DNA from: Bacillota bacterium
Lineage (GTDB): Bacteria > Bacillota > Clostridia > Peptostreptococcales > Thermotaleaceae
DNA length: 24,000 bases
Assembly: GCA_049324315.1 (NCBI GenBank)
Contig: JBMOKU010000015.1
Coordinates: 11,964 to 35,963 of the forward strand
Direction of reading: 5' to 3'
In this document: in pieces, positions 6,873 to 14,464 of the stretch
Layout of the letters: every line of letters starts with the position of its first letter
Numbering within the stretch: the stretch's first letter is position 1
Made by a program: the position numbers and the translations under genes
Notes under the pieces: generated by a model
The model's input: only the letters and a program-made list of their open reading frames with translations
What the model was told of the DNA's origin: nothing
Database searches by the model: none

Positions 6873-7151
6873 ATGTTAAAAAATTATATGGAAGACGTGG
6901 TGGATCACATTCTACCATCTATGCTAAAAGCCTTTAATAACATCTGTAAATGTGAGAAATGCATCAATGATATTAAAGCTATTACTTTAAACCATTTAAA
7001 GCCTCATTATGTGGTTACGGAAAAGGGTGAGATATACACCAGAATCAATGAGATGTATATACAGTTTGAAACAGATGTGATGAAGGCTATTATTGATGCC
7101 ATCGCCATTGTTTCGAAATATCCAAGACATGAATTAGAAAAGAGTAAATGA
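6873..7151 (+). CDS. comFB: ComFB-family protein (late competence development protein ComFB fold), 92 aa
   Basis: MLKNYMEDVVDHILPSMLKAFNNICKCEKCINDIKAITLNHLKPHYVVTEKGEIYTRINEM...AIAIVSKYPRH matches the ComFB family pattern as I recall it (CxCxxC, DIkA.aLN.L.P.YvvtekGe.y, IVSk.PRH). ATG 6873 is preceded by GGAGG (6862-6866). The ORF-track start 6783 lies inside the terminator hairpin and is rejected. Confidence 0.8.
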   Translation: MLKNYMEDVVDHILPSMLKAFNNICKCEKCINDIKAITLNHLKPHYVVTEKGEIYTRINEMYIQFETDVMKAIIDAIAIVSKYPRHELEKSK

Positions 7152-7241
7152 TAGCAAAAATTATTAAGAGATGGTTATAATAATGTAATAATGACGAAAA
7201 AACTATCCAAATAAATAAAAGTGTGTTATCATAGTATAGGA

Positions 7242-7270
7242 TTGCGGGTGTTGGTAGACACTGGTATATA
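7242..7270 (+). promoter_or_regulatory. Candidate sigma-A promoter upstream of the aminopeptidase gene
   Basis: -35 TTGCGG (7242-7247), 17-nt spacer ending in TGG (extended -10 TGn at 7262-7264), -10 TATATA (7265-7270). Confidence 0.35.
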
Positions 7271-7301
7271 TGGCAATGATTTTTGATCTGGGGGGACTAT
7301 A

Positions 7302-8363
7302 ATGCTGCAAAGAGTTGAAAATCTGAGAAACAGGATGAAAGAGAAGGATTTAGACGCTGTTTTGATCTATAAACCTGAGAATCGCAGGTATATCAGCGGA
7401 TTTACCGGCAGCTCCGGTTATGCACTGATTACCAGAGAGAAGGCATACTTTATTACAGATTTTCGCTATATTGAACAGTCTTCTAATCAATGTCAAGGGT
7501 ACGAAATTGTACAGCATGACAACAGTAAGACCGTTATCTCTATCTTACATAATTTAAAATTAAGGAATCTTGGCTTTGAAGAAGATTTTGTCACCTATGG
7601 TCAATACTTAGAGATGAAGGAAAAGCTTGAAGCAACTGAATTAATTCCCCTTAAAGGCTTGTTCAATACGCTAAGGATCAAAAAATATGATCAGGAAATT
7701 CAGTATATACAGAAAGCTGCTCAAATAGCAGATGAAGCATTTACATATATATGTGACTTTATTAAACCTGGGGTAAAGGAAATTGATGTAGCTTTAGAAT
7801 TGGAAATGTTCATGAAAAAGAAAGGTGCATCAGGCATTTCCTTCGAAAGTATCGTTGCATCAGGCGTTCGATCATCACTTCCCCACGGTGTGGCATCAGA
7901 CAAAATCATTGAAGACGGTGATTTTGTAACATTGGATTTTGGCTGTATATACAACGGCTACTGCTCAGATATGACAAGAACAGTGGTTGTAGGAAGCGCG
8001 TCAGATAAGCAGAAAGAGATTTACCGGATCGTTCTGGAAGCACAAGAGGCTGCACTGACTGCCATAAAACCCGGCGTTTCTGGATTTGATGTGGATAAAA
8101 TCGCGAGAGATATTATTGCAAAGAATGGTTATGGAGATTATTTTGGACACAGTCTAGGCCATGGTGTAGGCTTGGAGATTCATGAATCACCAAGGTTATC
8201 ACCTGCCAGCACAGACCAACTGGAAGCAGGCATGATTGTAACGGATGAACCTGGTATATACTTACCGGATTTTGGTGGTGTACGGATTGAGGATCTTATC
8301 TTAGTAACAGAAGATGGCTGCAAGATATTGTCCAAGTCACCTAAAGAATTAATTGAACTTTAG
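7302..8363 (+). CDS. pepP: M24B family Xaa-Pro aminopeptidase/dipeptidase (B. subtilis YqhT/PapA-like)
   Basis: Creatinase-like N-domain followed by a pita-bread fold with the metal ligand motifs DFGCIYNGYCSDMTRT, HSLGHGVGLEIHE and DEPGIY...GGVRIEDLI. SD GGGGGGA (7289-7295). The position immediately upstream of efp matches the yqhT-efp arrangement in Bacillus. Confidence 0.9.
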   Translation: MLQRVENLRNRMKEKDLDAVLIYKPENRRYISGFTGSSGYALITREKAYFITDFRYIEQSSNQCQGYEIVQHDNSKTVISILHNLKLRNLGFEEDFVTYGQYLEMKEKLEATELIPLKGLFNTLRIKKYDQEIQYIQKAAQIADEAFTYICDFIKPGVKEIDVALELEMFMKKKGASGISFESIVASGVRSSLPHGVASDKIIEDGDFVTLDFGCIYNGYCSDMTRTVVVGSASDKQKEIYRIVLEAQEAALTAIKPGVSGFDVDKIARDIIAKNGYGDYFGHSLGHGVGLEIHESPRLSPASTDQLEAGMIVTDEPGIYLPDFGGVRIEDLILVTEDGCKILSKSPKELIEL

Positions 8364-8446
8364 ATGTGACATAGGGACAGTTCCATCGTCTTCCCTACGG
8401 GCCTTCGCTGCGTTACGGTGACGCTCGAACCGTCCCCAAGTCACAT
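8364..8446. repeat. 83-nt GC-rich imperfect palindrome / structured intergenic element (REP- or MITE-like, or a small structured RNA)
   Basis: Outer stem ATGTGAC (8364-8370) pairs with GTCACAT (8440-8446). Second stem GGGACAGTTC (8374-8383) pairs with GAACCGTCCC (8427-8436) with one A.C mismatch. Inner pairs are CGTC (8387-8390)/GACG (8420-8423) and CCC-TAC-GGG (8393-8401). My hand count over 8374-8436 gives about 63% G+C, in a visibly AT-rich window. No U-tract on either strand. Confidence 0.5.
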
Positions 8447-8526
8447 TACAAAGTCCATTGCTGCTGGATTTATTGTTACCAGTAGATGAATATACACATT
8501 ATACAAATGCTAATGGAGGGATATGA

Positions 8527-9084
8527 ATGATTTCAGCTTCAGATTTTAGAAAAGGTGTTACATTTGAGATAAATGGAGAACCTTTTGTCGTTGTTGATTT
8601 TCAACACGTAAAGCCTGGTAAAGGCGCAGCTTTTGTAAGAACTAAGTACAAAAGTGTTACTACTGGTTCTATCCGTGAGGAAGCGTTTAGCCCAAATGAC
8701 AAATTTCCAAAGGCTCATATAGAGACAAAGCAAATGCAATATCTCTATGCAGATGGAGATCTATACTATTTCATGGATAATGAATCCTATGAACAGATTC
8801 CTTTAACACTAGAGCAAGTAGAAGACGCAATCAAATATATCAGGGAAAATGATAGTGCTACTGTGAAGTTCTTCAAAGGAAAAGCGTTCCAAGTTGACCC
8901 ACCAAACTTTGTCGAATTGGTTGTTACTTATACAGAGCCTGGTGTAAAAGGCGATACGGCAACAAATGTTACAAAGCCTGCAACAGTGGAAACAGGTGCA
9001 GTAATTCATGTGCCAATTTTCATTAATGAGGGTGACAAAATTAAGATTGATACAAGAACAGGCGAGTATTTATCAAGAGCATAG
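8527..9084 (+). CDS. efp: Translation elongation factor P
   Basis: [48 protein letters not shown] is the canonical EF-P N-terminus. The Lys-type modification loop KPGKG is present. SD GGAGG (8515-8519) lies 7 nt before the ATG. Length 185 aa. Confidence 0.97.
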   Translation: MISASDFRKGVTFEINGEPFVVVDFQHVKPGKGAAFVRTKYKSVTTGSIREEAFSPNDKFPKAHIETKQMQYLYADGDLYYFMDNESYEQIPLTLEQVEDAIKYIRENDSATVKFFKGKAFQVDPPNFVELVVTYTEPGVKGDTATNVTKPATVETGAVIHVPIFINEGDKIKIDTRTGEYLSRA

Positions 9085-9183
9085 GGAATAATATAAAAAG
9101 CCTTCTGTTAAGGCATCCTAAATCTAAGGTTTTAATTTCCTATTGGTTTTAAAAAAATAGATGAACAAAAGGAGGGTTTCACC

Positions 9184-9654
9184 ATGAATTATCTTTATGA
9201 GAGAGTTTCCTACTTAAGAGGTTTGGCAGAAGGAATGGAAATTAGTGACAAATCAAAGGAAGGAAAGCTGCTTTTAAACATTATTGATGTACTAGAAGAT
9301 TTTGCAGACTCCTTGGACGAATTAAATGGTCAAGTTGCTGAAATCGATGAATATGTGGAAGCTGTTGATGAGGATCTGGCAGATCTGGAAGACGAAATTT
9401 ACGGAGAACTGGATGAAGAAGATGACGAGGACTTCGAAGATGATGAAGATATTGATTTCGTTGAGGTCGATTGTCCAAATTGTGGTGAGACCATTTATCT
9501 TGATGAAGATTTAATTTATGATGAAGACGAAGCAGAAGTAATCTGCCCAAGCTGTCATGAAAAACTACATCTAGAAGAAGGCTGCTGTGATTGTGGCTGC
9601 GAAGAATGTGATGATGAAGAAGATGAGCATCATGAAGGCGGCTGCTGCCATTAA
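9184..9654 (+). CDS. Highly acidic zinc-ribbon protein with Cys/His-rich C-terminal tail (uncharacterised family)
   Basis: SD AAAGGAGGG before ATG 9184. Helical N-domain MNYLYERVSYLRGLAEGMEI... An almost pure D/E stretch spans aa ~55-95. Zinc ribbon CPNCG-x20-CPSCH covers nt ~9472-9555. The tail EEGCCDCGCEECDDEEDEHHEGGCCH has 7 Cys and 3 His in 26 aa. A strong terminator follows. From memory it resembles proteins labelled 'CD1247 N-terminal domain-containing'; this is unverified. Confidence 0.8.
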   Translation: MNYLYERVSYLRGLAEGMEISDKSKEGKLLLNIIDVLEDFADSLDELNGQVAEIDEYVEAVDEDLADLEDEIYGELDEEDDEDFEDDEDIDFVEVDCPNCGETIYLDEDLIYDEDEAEVICPSCHEKLHLEEGCCDCGCEECDDEEDEHHEGGCCH

Positions 9655-9675
9655 TTGAATCTATCAAACAAAAAA

Positions 9676-9713
9676 CTGATATGAACGGTAAATCCGTTTA
9701 TATCAGTTTTTTT
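9676..9713 (+). terminator. Rho-independent terminator after the acidic zinc-ribbon gene
   Basis: 13-bp stem CTGATATGAACGG (9676-9688) / CCGTTTATATCAG (9694-9706) with one G.U pair. Loop is TAAAT. A T7 run follows at 9707-9713. Confidence 0.85.
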
Positions 9714-9802
9714 ATGTTGTTTTTCATTCGCTTATTTGTAAAAGAAAATAAGCATATTATCTATTCAACGTAAATATTATTAATAGAAAGGAGGGACAGG
9801 TT

Positions 9803-10852
9803 ATGAATGATTCAAAAGATAAAAACTTTGTAAGTAAAAATACGCCTATGCATTATATGAAAAATGAAATATTGGAAGCATTACCTTTAAAAATCAGAGA
9901 ATTATTACGGTATGTGACAGACAGTCGCATGAAAGATATTGAAGAAATCAGATTTCGTATTCTCAAACCACTGCTTCTTAGCTTAGGTAAAAGAGAGTAC
10001 TTTTTAAATGTAGACGGTGGACTTGATCGTTGTATTGAAAAAGCTTATATCGTGACAAAGGATGATATCGAAAATGCTTTTCAGTTCATAACAGATTATT
10101 CTGTATATACGCTGGAAGAAGATATCCGTAATGGCTTTGTCACCATGAAAGGTGGTCATCGCGTAGGCATATGCGGCCGCGTCATAAGAAATGGTCCTTA
10201 TATAAGAACAATAAAGGATATATCAGGACTAAATATCCGAATTTCTAAGGAAAAAATAGGGGTATCTGATCACATTATGAAAAACCTCATAGGACCTTCA
10301 CATTTTTGTCATAACACTTTGATTATTTCGCCCCCACAATGTGGTAAAACCACGCTGCTCAGGGATATTGTCAGAAACCTAAGCAATGGTATTCCACAAT
10401 TGAAAGTTAAGGGACTAAAAGTGGGTGTTGTCGATGAACGTTCGGAAATTTGCGGCTGTTACCAAGGAGTACCACAGAATGACGTAGGTATGCGAACAGA
10501 TATTTTAGATGCATGTCCGAAGGCAGAAGGTATGATGATGCTAATTCGCTCTATGTCGCCAGAAGTTATTGTGACGGATGAAATAGGGAAGAAAGAGGAT
10601 GTGTCAGCCATTGAAGAAGCGCTGCATGCAGGTGTAAAGGTAATCACGACAGTCCATGGAAGCAGCTTTCACGAGCTGTTGGATCGGCCCCATGTCAGTC
10701 GTTTGTTAGAAAGCAGTGTCTTCGAAAAGTACATTATTTTGTCTAATCAGCCGAAAGTAGGAACGATAAAGGAAATCATCGATCATAAGAAAATAATGCA
10801 GTCTACGTCAAATGGCAGGGGGTGGATCCATGATGATCAAGTTTCTGGTTAG
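9803..10852 (+). CDS. spoIIIAA: Stage III sporulation protein AA (secretion-type AAA+ ATPase of the SpoIIIA-SpoIIQ channel)
   Basis: Walker A SPPQCGKTT and Walker B VIVTDEIG. Motifs EEIRFRILKPLLL and HRVGICG are typical of SpoIIIAA. SD AAAGGAGGGA (9788-9797). It is the first of eight co-linear spoIIIA genes. Confidence 0.9.
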   Translation: MNDSKDKNFVSKNTPMHYMKNEILEALPLKIRELLRYVTDSRMKDIEEIRFRILKPLLLSLGKREYFLNVDGGLDRCIEKAYIVTKDDIENAFQFITDYSVYTLEEDIRNGFVTMKGGHRVGICGRVIRNGPYIRTIKDISGLNIRISKEKIGVSDHIMKNLIGPSHFCHNTLIISPPQCGKTTLLRDIVRNLSNGIPQLKVKGLKVGVVDERSEICGCYQGVPQNDVGMRTDILDACPKAEGMMMLIRSMSPEVIVTDEIGKKEDVSAIEEALHAGVKVITTVHGSSFHELLDRPHVSRLLESSVFEKYIILSNQPKVGTIKEIIDHKKIMQSTSNGRGWIHDDQVSG

Positions 10853-11351
10853 TTTGGTCATTATATTGTCTTCCACCGCCATAGGCATGCTGCTTTCCCA
10901 TAGATATACACTTAGGGTTAAATGCTTGAAATCCTTGCATCATGCCATGCAAATGCTGGAGGTAGAAACACTATACGCTTCAAAACCACTGCCTGTAGCG
11001 ATGAAAACCATAGCAGAACGCTCGTATCCGTCTATTTCAGTTATATTTCATAAGATGCACACATTATTACTTGGAAGGATGGGTATCACGGTTTCAGAGG
11101 CATGGTACCAATCAGTAGATCAGTATGCAGTTGATCTTCCATTAAACAAGGAAGATATTGACGTGCTAAAAGAGTTTGGAAAAATGCTTGGCACAACAGA
11201 TAGAGAATACCAAGAGAAAAATTTTCATCATCTCTATTTCTTGTTAAAAAAGCAAGAAGAAGATGCAGTTTCTCAAAAATGTAAAAATGAAAAATTGTAC
11301 AAAAGTCTAGGTATCTTGACTGGTATAGGAATCGTTATTGTTTTGATTTAA
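10830..11351 (+). CDS. spoIIIAB: Stage III sporulation protein AB
   Basis: MMIKFLVSLVIILSSTAIGMLLS starts with an N-terminal TM segment and the protein ends in a C-terminal TM segment. Length 173 aa fits SpoIIIAB. ATG 10830 is preceded by AGGGGGTGGA (10817-10826). The ORF-track start 10812 lies upstream of that SD. The gene overlaps spoIIIAA by 23 nt. Confidence 0.85.
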   Translation: MMIKFLVSLVIILSSTAIGMLLSHRYTLRVKCLKSLHHAMQMLEVETLYASKPLPVAMKTIAERSYPSISVIFHKMHTLLLGRMGITVSEAWYQSVDQYAVDLPLNKEDIDVLKEFGKMLGTTDREYQEKNFHHLYFLLKKQEEDAVSQKCKNEKLYKSLGILTGIGIVIVLI

Positions 11352-11380
11352 AAGATATTTACCTAAGGGGGAAATTGGAC

Positions 11381-11578
11381 ATGAACATCGATTTGATTTT
11401 TAAGATTGCTGCGATTGGTATCTTAGTCACTGTATTAAATCAAGTACTTGTACACTCGGGCAGAGAAGAACAGGCTACCATGACCACCATCGCGGGCATT
11501 GTCATTGTGCTGCTGATGGTGATTCAACTAATTAACAATTTATTTACCACCGTAAAGACAATGTTTCAGCTTTACTAA
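11381..11578 (+). CDS. spoIIIAC: Stage III sporulation protein AC (small two-TM protein)
   Basis: MNIDLIFKIAAIGILVTVLNQVLVHSGREEQA... aligns with the SpoIIIAC pattern (IFqIagvGI...L...gk.e.a). ATG 11381 lies 8 nt after AAGGGGGA (11365-11372). The ORF-track TTG 11375 is too close to the SD. Confidence 0.85.
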   Translation: MNIDLIFKIAAIGILVTVLNQVLVHSGREEQATMTTIAGIVIVLLMVIQLINNLFTTVKTMFQLY

Positions 11579-11600
11579 AACATAATAAGGTGAGGTTACC

Positions 11601-11987
11601 ATGGAAATATTCAAAATTGTCGGTATTGGGATTGTAGCCACGATATTATCTTTAATGCTTAAGGAAGAAAAGCCAGAGATATCACTGCAGATTAGTATCG
11701 TAACTGGTCTGATCATATTCATTTTTATCGTCACTAGGTTAGCATCGGTTTTAGAGGTGCTGAATCTATTTGCAAGAAAAATCGATATCGATCTGGTTTA
11801 CATTACAACCATTTTTAAAATAGTCGGTATTGCTTACGTTACAGAATTTGGAGCACAGATTTGTAGAGATGCTGACGCAGGTGCTATTGCTTCGAAAATT
11901 GAACTGGCTGGAAAGGTATTGATTATGATACTTGCTATACCTATTTTGCTAGCCTTATTAAATTTAATTGTACGACTAATGCCATAG
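11601..11987 (+). CDS. spoIIIAD: Stage III sporulation protein AD
   Basis: MEIFKIVGIGIVATILSLMLKEEKPEISLQISIVTGLIIF... and ...IVGIAYVTEFGAQICRDAGAGAIASKIELAGKVLI are typical of SpoIIIAD. SD AAGGTGAGG (11587-11595). Confidence 0.9.
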   Translation: MEIFKIVGIGIVATILSLMLKEEKPEISLQISIVTGLIIFIFIVTRLASVLEVLNLFARKIDIDLVYITTIFKIVGIAYVTEFGAQICRDADAGAIASKIELAGKVLIMILAIPILLALLNLIVRLMP

Positions 11988-11990
11988 GAT

Positions 11991-13178
11991 GTGAATATGA
12001 TGAAAAAGCTTGTGATAATAACGATGATTATTTGTCTGTTTTCTACGCCATCCTATGCCTTCGATGAGGATGCTGAAACACAATCAATCAGTGATGAATT
12101 AATCATGGAACAGCTGCAGAATATTGACACTGAAGAATTAGAAGAAATGATGGACGAAATTAATGCAGATATAGAAGAATATCTTCCCAAAATGAATATG
12201 GAAAACATTGTTTTTTCCCTTATAAAGGGTGAAGATGTTTTTTCCCTTAAGGATATATTCGATGGCCTGCTAAAATACTTGTTTAAAGAAGTTATTGCAA
12301 ATGCTGGACTGCTGACAAAAATTATTGTTCTTGCCGTTATATGTGCTTTTTTGAGCAATCTATCCAATGCATTTGAAAGTGATTCCGTTGCAAAATTGGC
12401 ACACGCTGTATGTTATTTGGTTATTGTCGCCATAGCTATTCAAAGCTTTACAATAGCCATCAGTACGGGAAGCCGTCTGATAAGCGATATGGTAACTTTC
12501 ATGCAGGCATTATTACCTGTGCTTCTAACGCTATTGATGGCAATGGGTGGATTAACAGCAACAGCAATCTTTCAACCAATCATTTTCGCATCGTTAGGAT
12601 TTATTAGCTCCTTAATGAAAGATTTTGTACTTCCGCTCATTTTCTTTTCGTCTATACTGTCCATTGTTAATCATCTGTCAGAAAAAATTCAGGTTTCAAA
12701 GCTTGCATCATTACTGAAGCAAATCGGTGTTGCTGCCATTGGCTGCTTATTAACAGTATTTGTCGGAATTATTACCATACAAGGAGTGGCCGCTTCTACA
12801 ACAGACGGCGTAACCCTTCGAACCGCCAAATTTGCTGTTGGCTTTATCCCTGTGGTTGGTGGATTCGTCACAGATGCTGTTGATGCAGTTTTAGGATGTT
12901 CTCTATTACTTAAAAATGCTATAGGAGGGTTTGGTTTATTTGCTCTAGCACTTCTGGTAATTATACCACTTCTTAAGATAGCTACACTCATTCTTATTTA
13001 TAAAGTTGCCAGTGCAATGATTGAACCTATTACAGATAATCGTTTGGTTGACTGCTTAAATGATTTAAGCAATTCCTTAACCATGTTATTCGGAACCGTT
13101 CTTTCTGTGGCCATTATGTTTTTCATGGCAATAACCATCATTATAAGCGCAGGAAATATAACGGTCATGATGAGGTAG
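11991..13178 (+). CDS. spoIIIAE: Stage III sporulation protein AE (polytopic membrane protein with signal peptide)
   Basis: N-terminal signal MMKKLVIITMIICLFSTPSYA, an acidic linker, then about 7 TM segments with SpoIIIAE-type motifs (FMQALLPVLLTLLMAMGG, RTAKFAVGFIPVVGG). Start is uncertain among GTG 11991, ATG 11997 and ATG 12000. Confidence 0.88.
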   Translation: MNMMKKLVIITMIICLFSTPSYAFDEDAETQSISDELIMEQLQNIDTEELEEMMDEINADIEEYLPKMNMENIVFSLIKGEDVFSLKDIFDGLLKYLFKEVIANAGLLTKIIVLAVICAFLSNLSNAFESDSVAKLAHAVCYLVIVAIAIQSFTIAISTGSRLISDMVTFMQALLPVLLTLLMAMGGLTATAIFQPIIFASLGFISSLMKDFVLPLIFFSSILSIVNHLSEKIQVSKLASLLKQIGVAAIGCLLTVFVGIITIQGVAASTTDGVTLRTAKFAVGFIPVVGGFVTDAVDAVLGCSLLLKNAIGGFGLFALALLVIIPLLKIATLILIYKVASAMIEPITDNRLVDCLNDLSNSLTMLFGTVLSVAIMFFMAITIIISAGNITVMMR

Positions 13179-13826
13179 GTGATAAGCTTGGCAGCGTTTA
13201 TAAGAACATGGATTTTAAATATTGCAACGGTTATCATCTTCATCTCATTTATTGAAATTTTGCTACCCAATAGCAGTATGAAAAAATATATCAAAATGAT
13301 TGTAGGCCTTCTCGTAATGCTAGTCGTACTCAATCCCGTCATTGAATTAATGAATGGAAAAATTGACATTGAAAATGAGATTATGCGTACTTCCTTACTT
13401 ATCGATGAAACCTCTCTTACCATTGCTAAAGATAATCTAGGGGGACTTCAGGAAAAGCAAATGCTGCAGTATTACAAAGCAAAGGTTGAAGGGCATATTA
13501 AAGATAAAATGTATAGGGATTTTGATATGGCAGTAGAAAAAGTTACGGTCGTCATTGATGAAAATAGCAAAAGCGATAAATTTGGTCAAATCCAAGGGAT
13601 TGAAATATCTATTGCAAGTATGGAAAAGGACCACAGCATAGAAAAGGACATACAACCGGTTACTGGTATCCATATTATTATTGGCAAAGATAATATAGCA
13701 AACGAAGAAGATGAAAATTTTGAAGAAGACAATAAAAAAATTCAAGAAATAAAAAATAGTATTTCCAGCTTCTATGATGTGAATGATAGGAATATACATA
13801 TTAATGTACGTGAGACAAGTCATTAA
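13179..13826 (+). CDS. spoIIIAF: Stage III sporulation protein AF
   Basis: AAFIRTWILNIATVIIFISFIEILLPNSSMKKYIKMIVGLLVMLVVLNPVIELM parallels the B. subtilis SpoIIIAF N-terminus (..EWLTTIVLFILFAIVIDMLLPSSSMQKYAKMV..). Start is either GTG 13179, which abuts the spoIIIAE stop, or TTG 13188, which is better spaced from GAGGT at 13172-13176. Confidence 0.85.
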   Translation: MISLAAFIRTWILNIATVIIFISFIEILLPNSSMKKYIKMIVGLLVMLVVLNPVIELMNGKIDIENEIMRTSLLIDETSLTIAKDNLGGLQEKQMLQYYKAKVEGHIKDKMYRDFDMAVEKVTVVIDENSKSDKFGQIQGIEISIASMEKDHSIEKDIQPVTGIHIIIGKDNIANEEDENFEEDNKKIQEIKNSISSFYDVNDRNIHINVRETSH

Positions 13827-13843
13827 AGCGAGGGGGAAAATCT

Positions 13844-14446
13844 ATGAAAATAATTGAAAAAATCAAACAGATGATTTTGAACAGAAATTATAAACAGACA
13901 ATATACAATCTCACTGCCATCATTATTATCTGTGTCATTGTTTTATTGTCTTGGGATACACTGTTTGGCGGTAATCTCATGAAAGATATCTCAAATGCTA
14001 CTGAGAAAACCGATGGCGCTAAGAGTGAAAGTAAAAATGAACAAATACAGAATACCCAATATAAAGACACTGTAGAAGTACAATTAAAAAGCATTCTACA
14101 TGAAATTAAAGGCGTAGGTGAAGTAGAAGTCATGGTTACCTATGAAAGCAGTTCAGAAGTAATACCTGCATCGAATATGACGCGGTCCAATCAGATAACT
14201 GAGGAAAAGGACGCACAAGGTGGAAGCCGAACAACAACCCAGGAAGAAACAACGCAGAATATTGTTACTGTCAGTGGGGATGACAAAGAATTAATTATCT
14301 TGAAAGAAATCAAGCCTCAAATTAAAGGTGTGGTCGTGGTGGCTGAGGGTGCTGGAAATATTGAAGTGAAGAATGCATTAGTTGAGGCTGTTAAAACAAT
14401 CTTTCAAATTCCGGCACATAAAGTAATGGTTTATGAAAAAAAATAA
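13844..14446 (+). CDS. spoIIIAG: Stage III sporulation protein AG (ring-forming channel component)
   Basis: N-terminal TM segment. The C-terminal region IKGVVVVAEGAGNIEVKNALVEAVKTIFQIPAHKVMVYEKK matches the SpoIIIAG C-terminus pattern. SD GAGGGGGA (13831-13838). Confidence 0.85.
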   Translation: MKIIEKIKQMILNRNYKQTIYNLTAIIIICVIVLLSWDTLFGGNLMKDISNATEKTDGAKSESKNEQIQNTQYKDTVEVQLKSILHEIKGVGEVEVMVTYESSSEVIPASNMTRSNQITEEKDAQGGSRTTTQEETTQNIVTVSGDDKELIILKEIKPQIKGVVVVAEGAGNIEVKNALVEAVKTIFQIPAHKVMVYEKK

Positions 14447-14464
14447 ATCTTGGGGGGAAGCTGT

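Noticed and set aside
8364-8446. GGTTCGAGC on the minus strand of the palindromic element, considered as a tRNA T-arm (tRNA or tRNA fragment)
   Set aside because: No acceptor, D or anticodon arm geometry can be drawn. The element folds as one long hairpin rather than a cloverleaf.
9100-9114. Small hairpin GCCTT-CTGTT-AAGGC after efp, considered as a terminator
   Set aside because: The stem is only 5 bp and no U-tract follows.
9281-9667. 128-aa antisense ORF (His/Leu/Arg-rich), plus the 62-aa alternative-frame ORF at 9326-9514
   Set aside because: This is a mirror artefact of the GAA/GAT-rich acidic low-complexity region on the + strand. There is no SD and no recognisable family.
9731-9760. 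Possible sigma-E-type promoter for spoIIIA (CATATTAT at 9753-9760, with TTATTTG ~14 nt upstream)
   Set aside because: It matches only part of the remembered consensus (-35 ATA-type motif, -10 CATACA-T). AT-rich sequence gives such matches by chance. Transcript start mapping would be needed.
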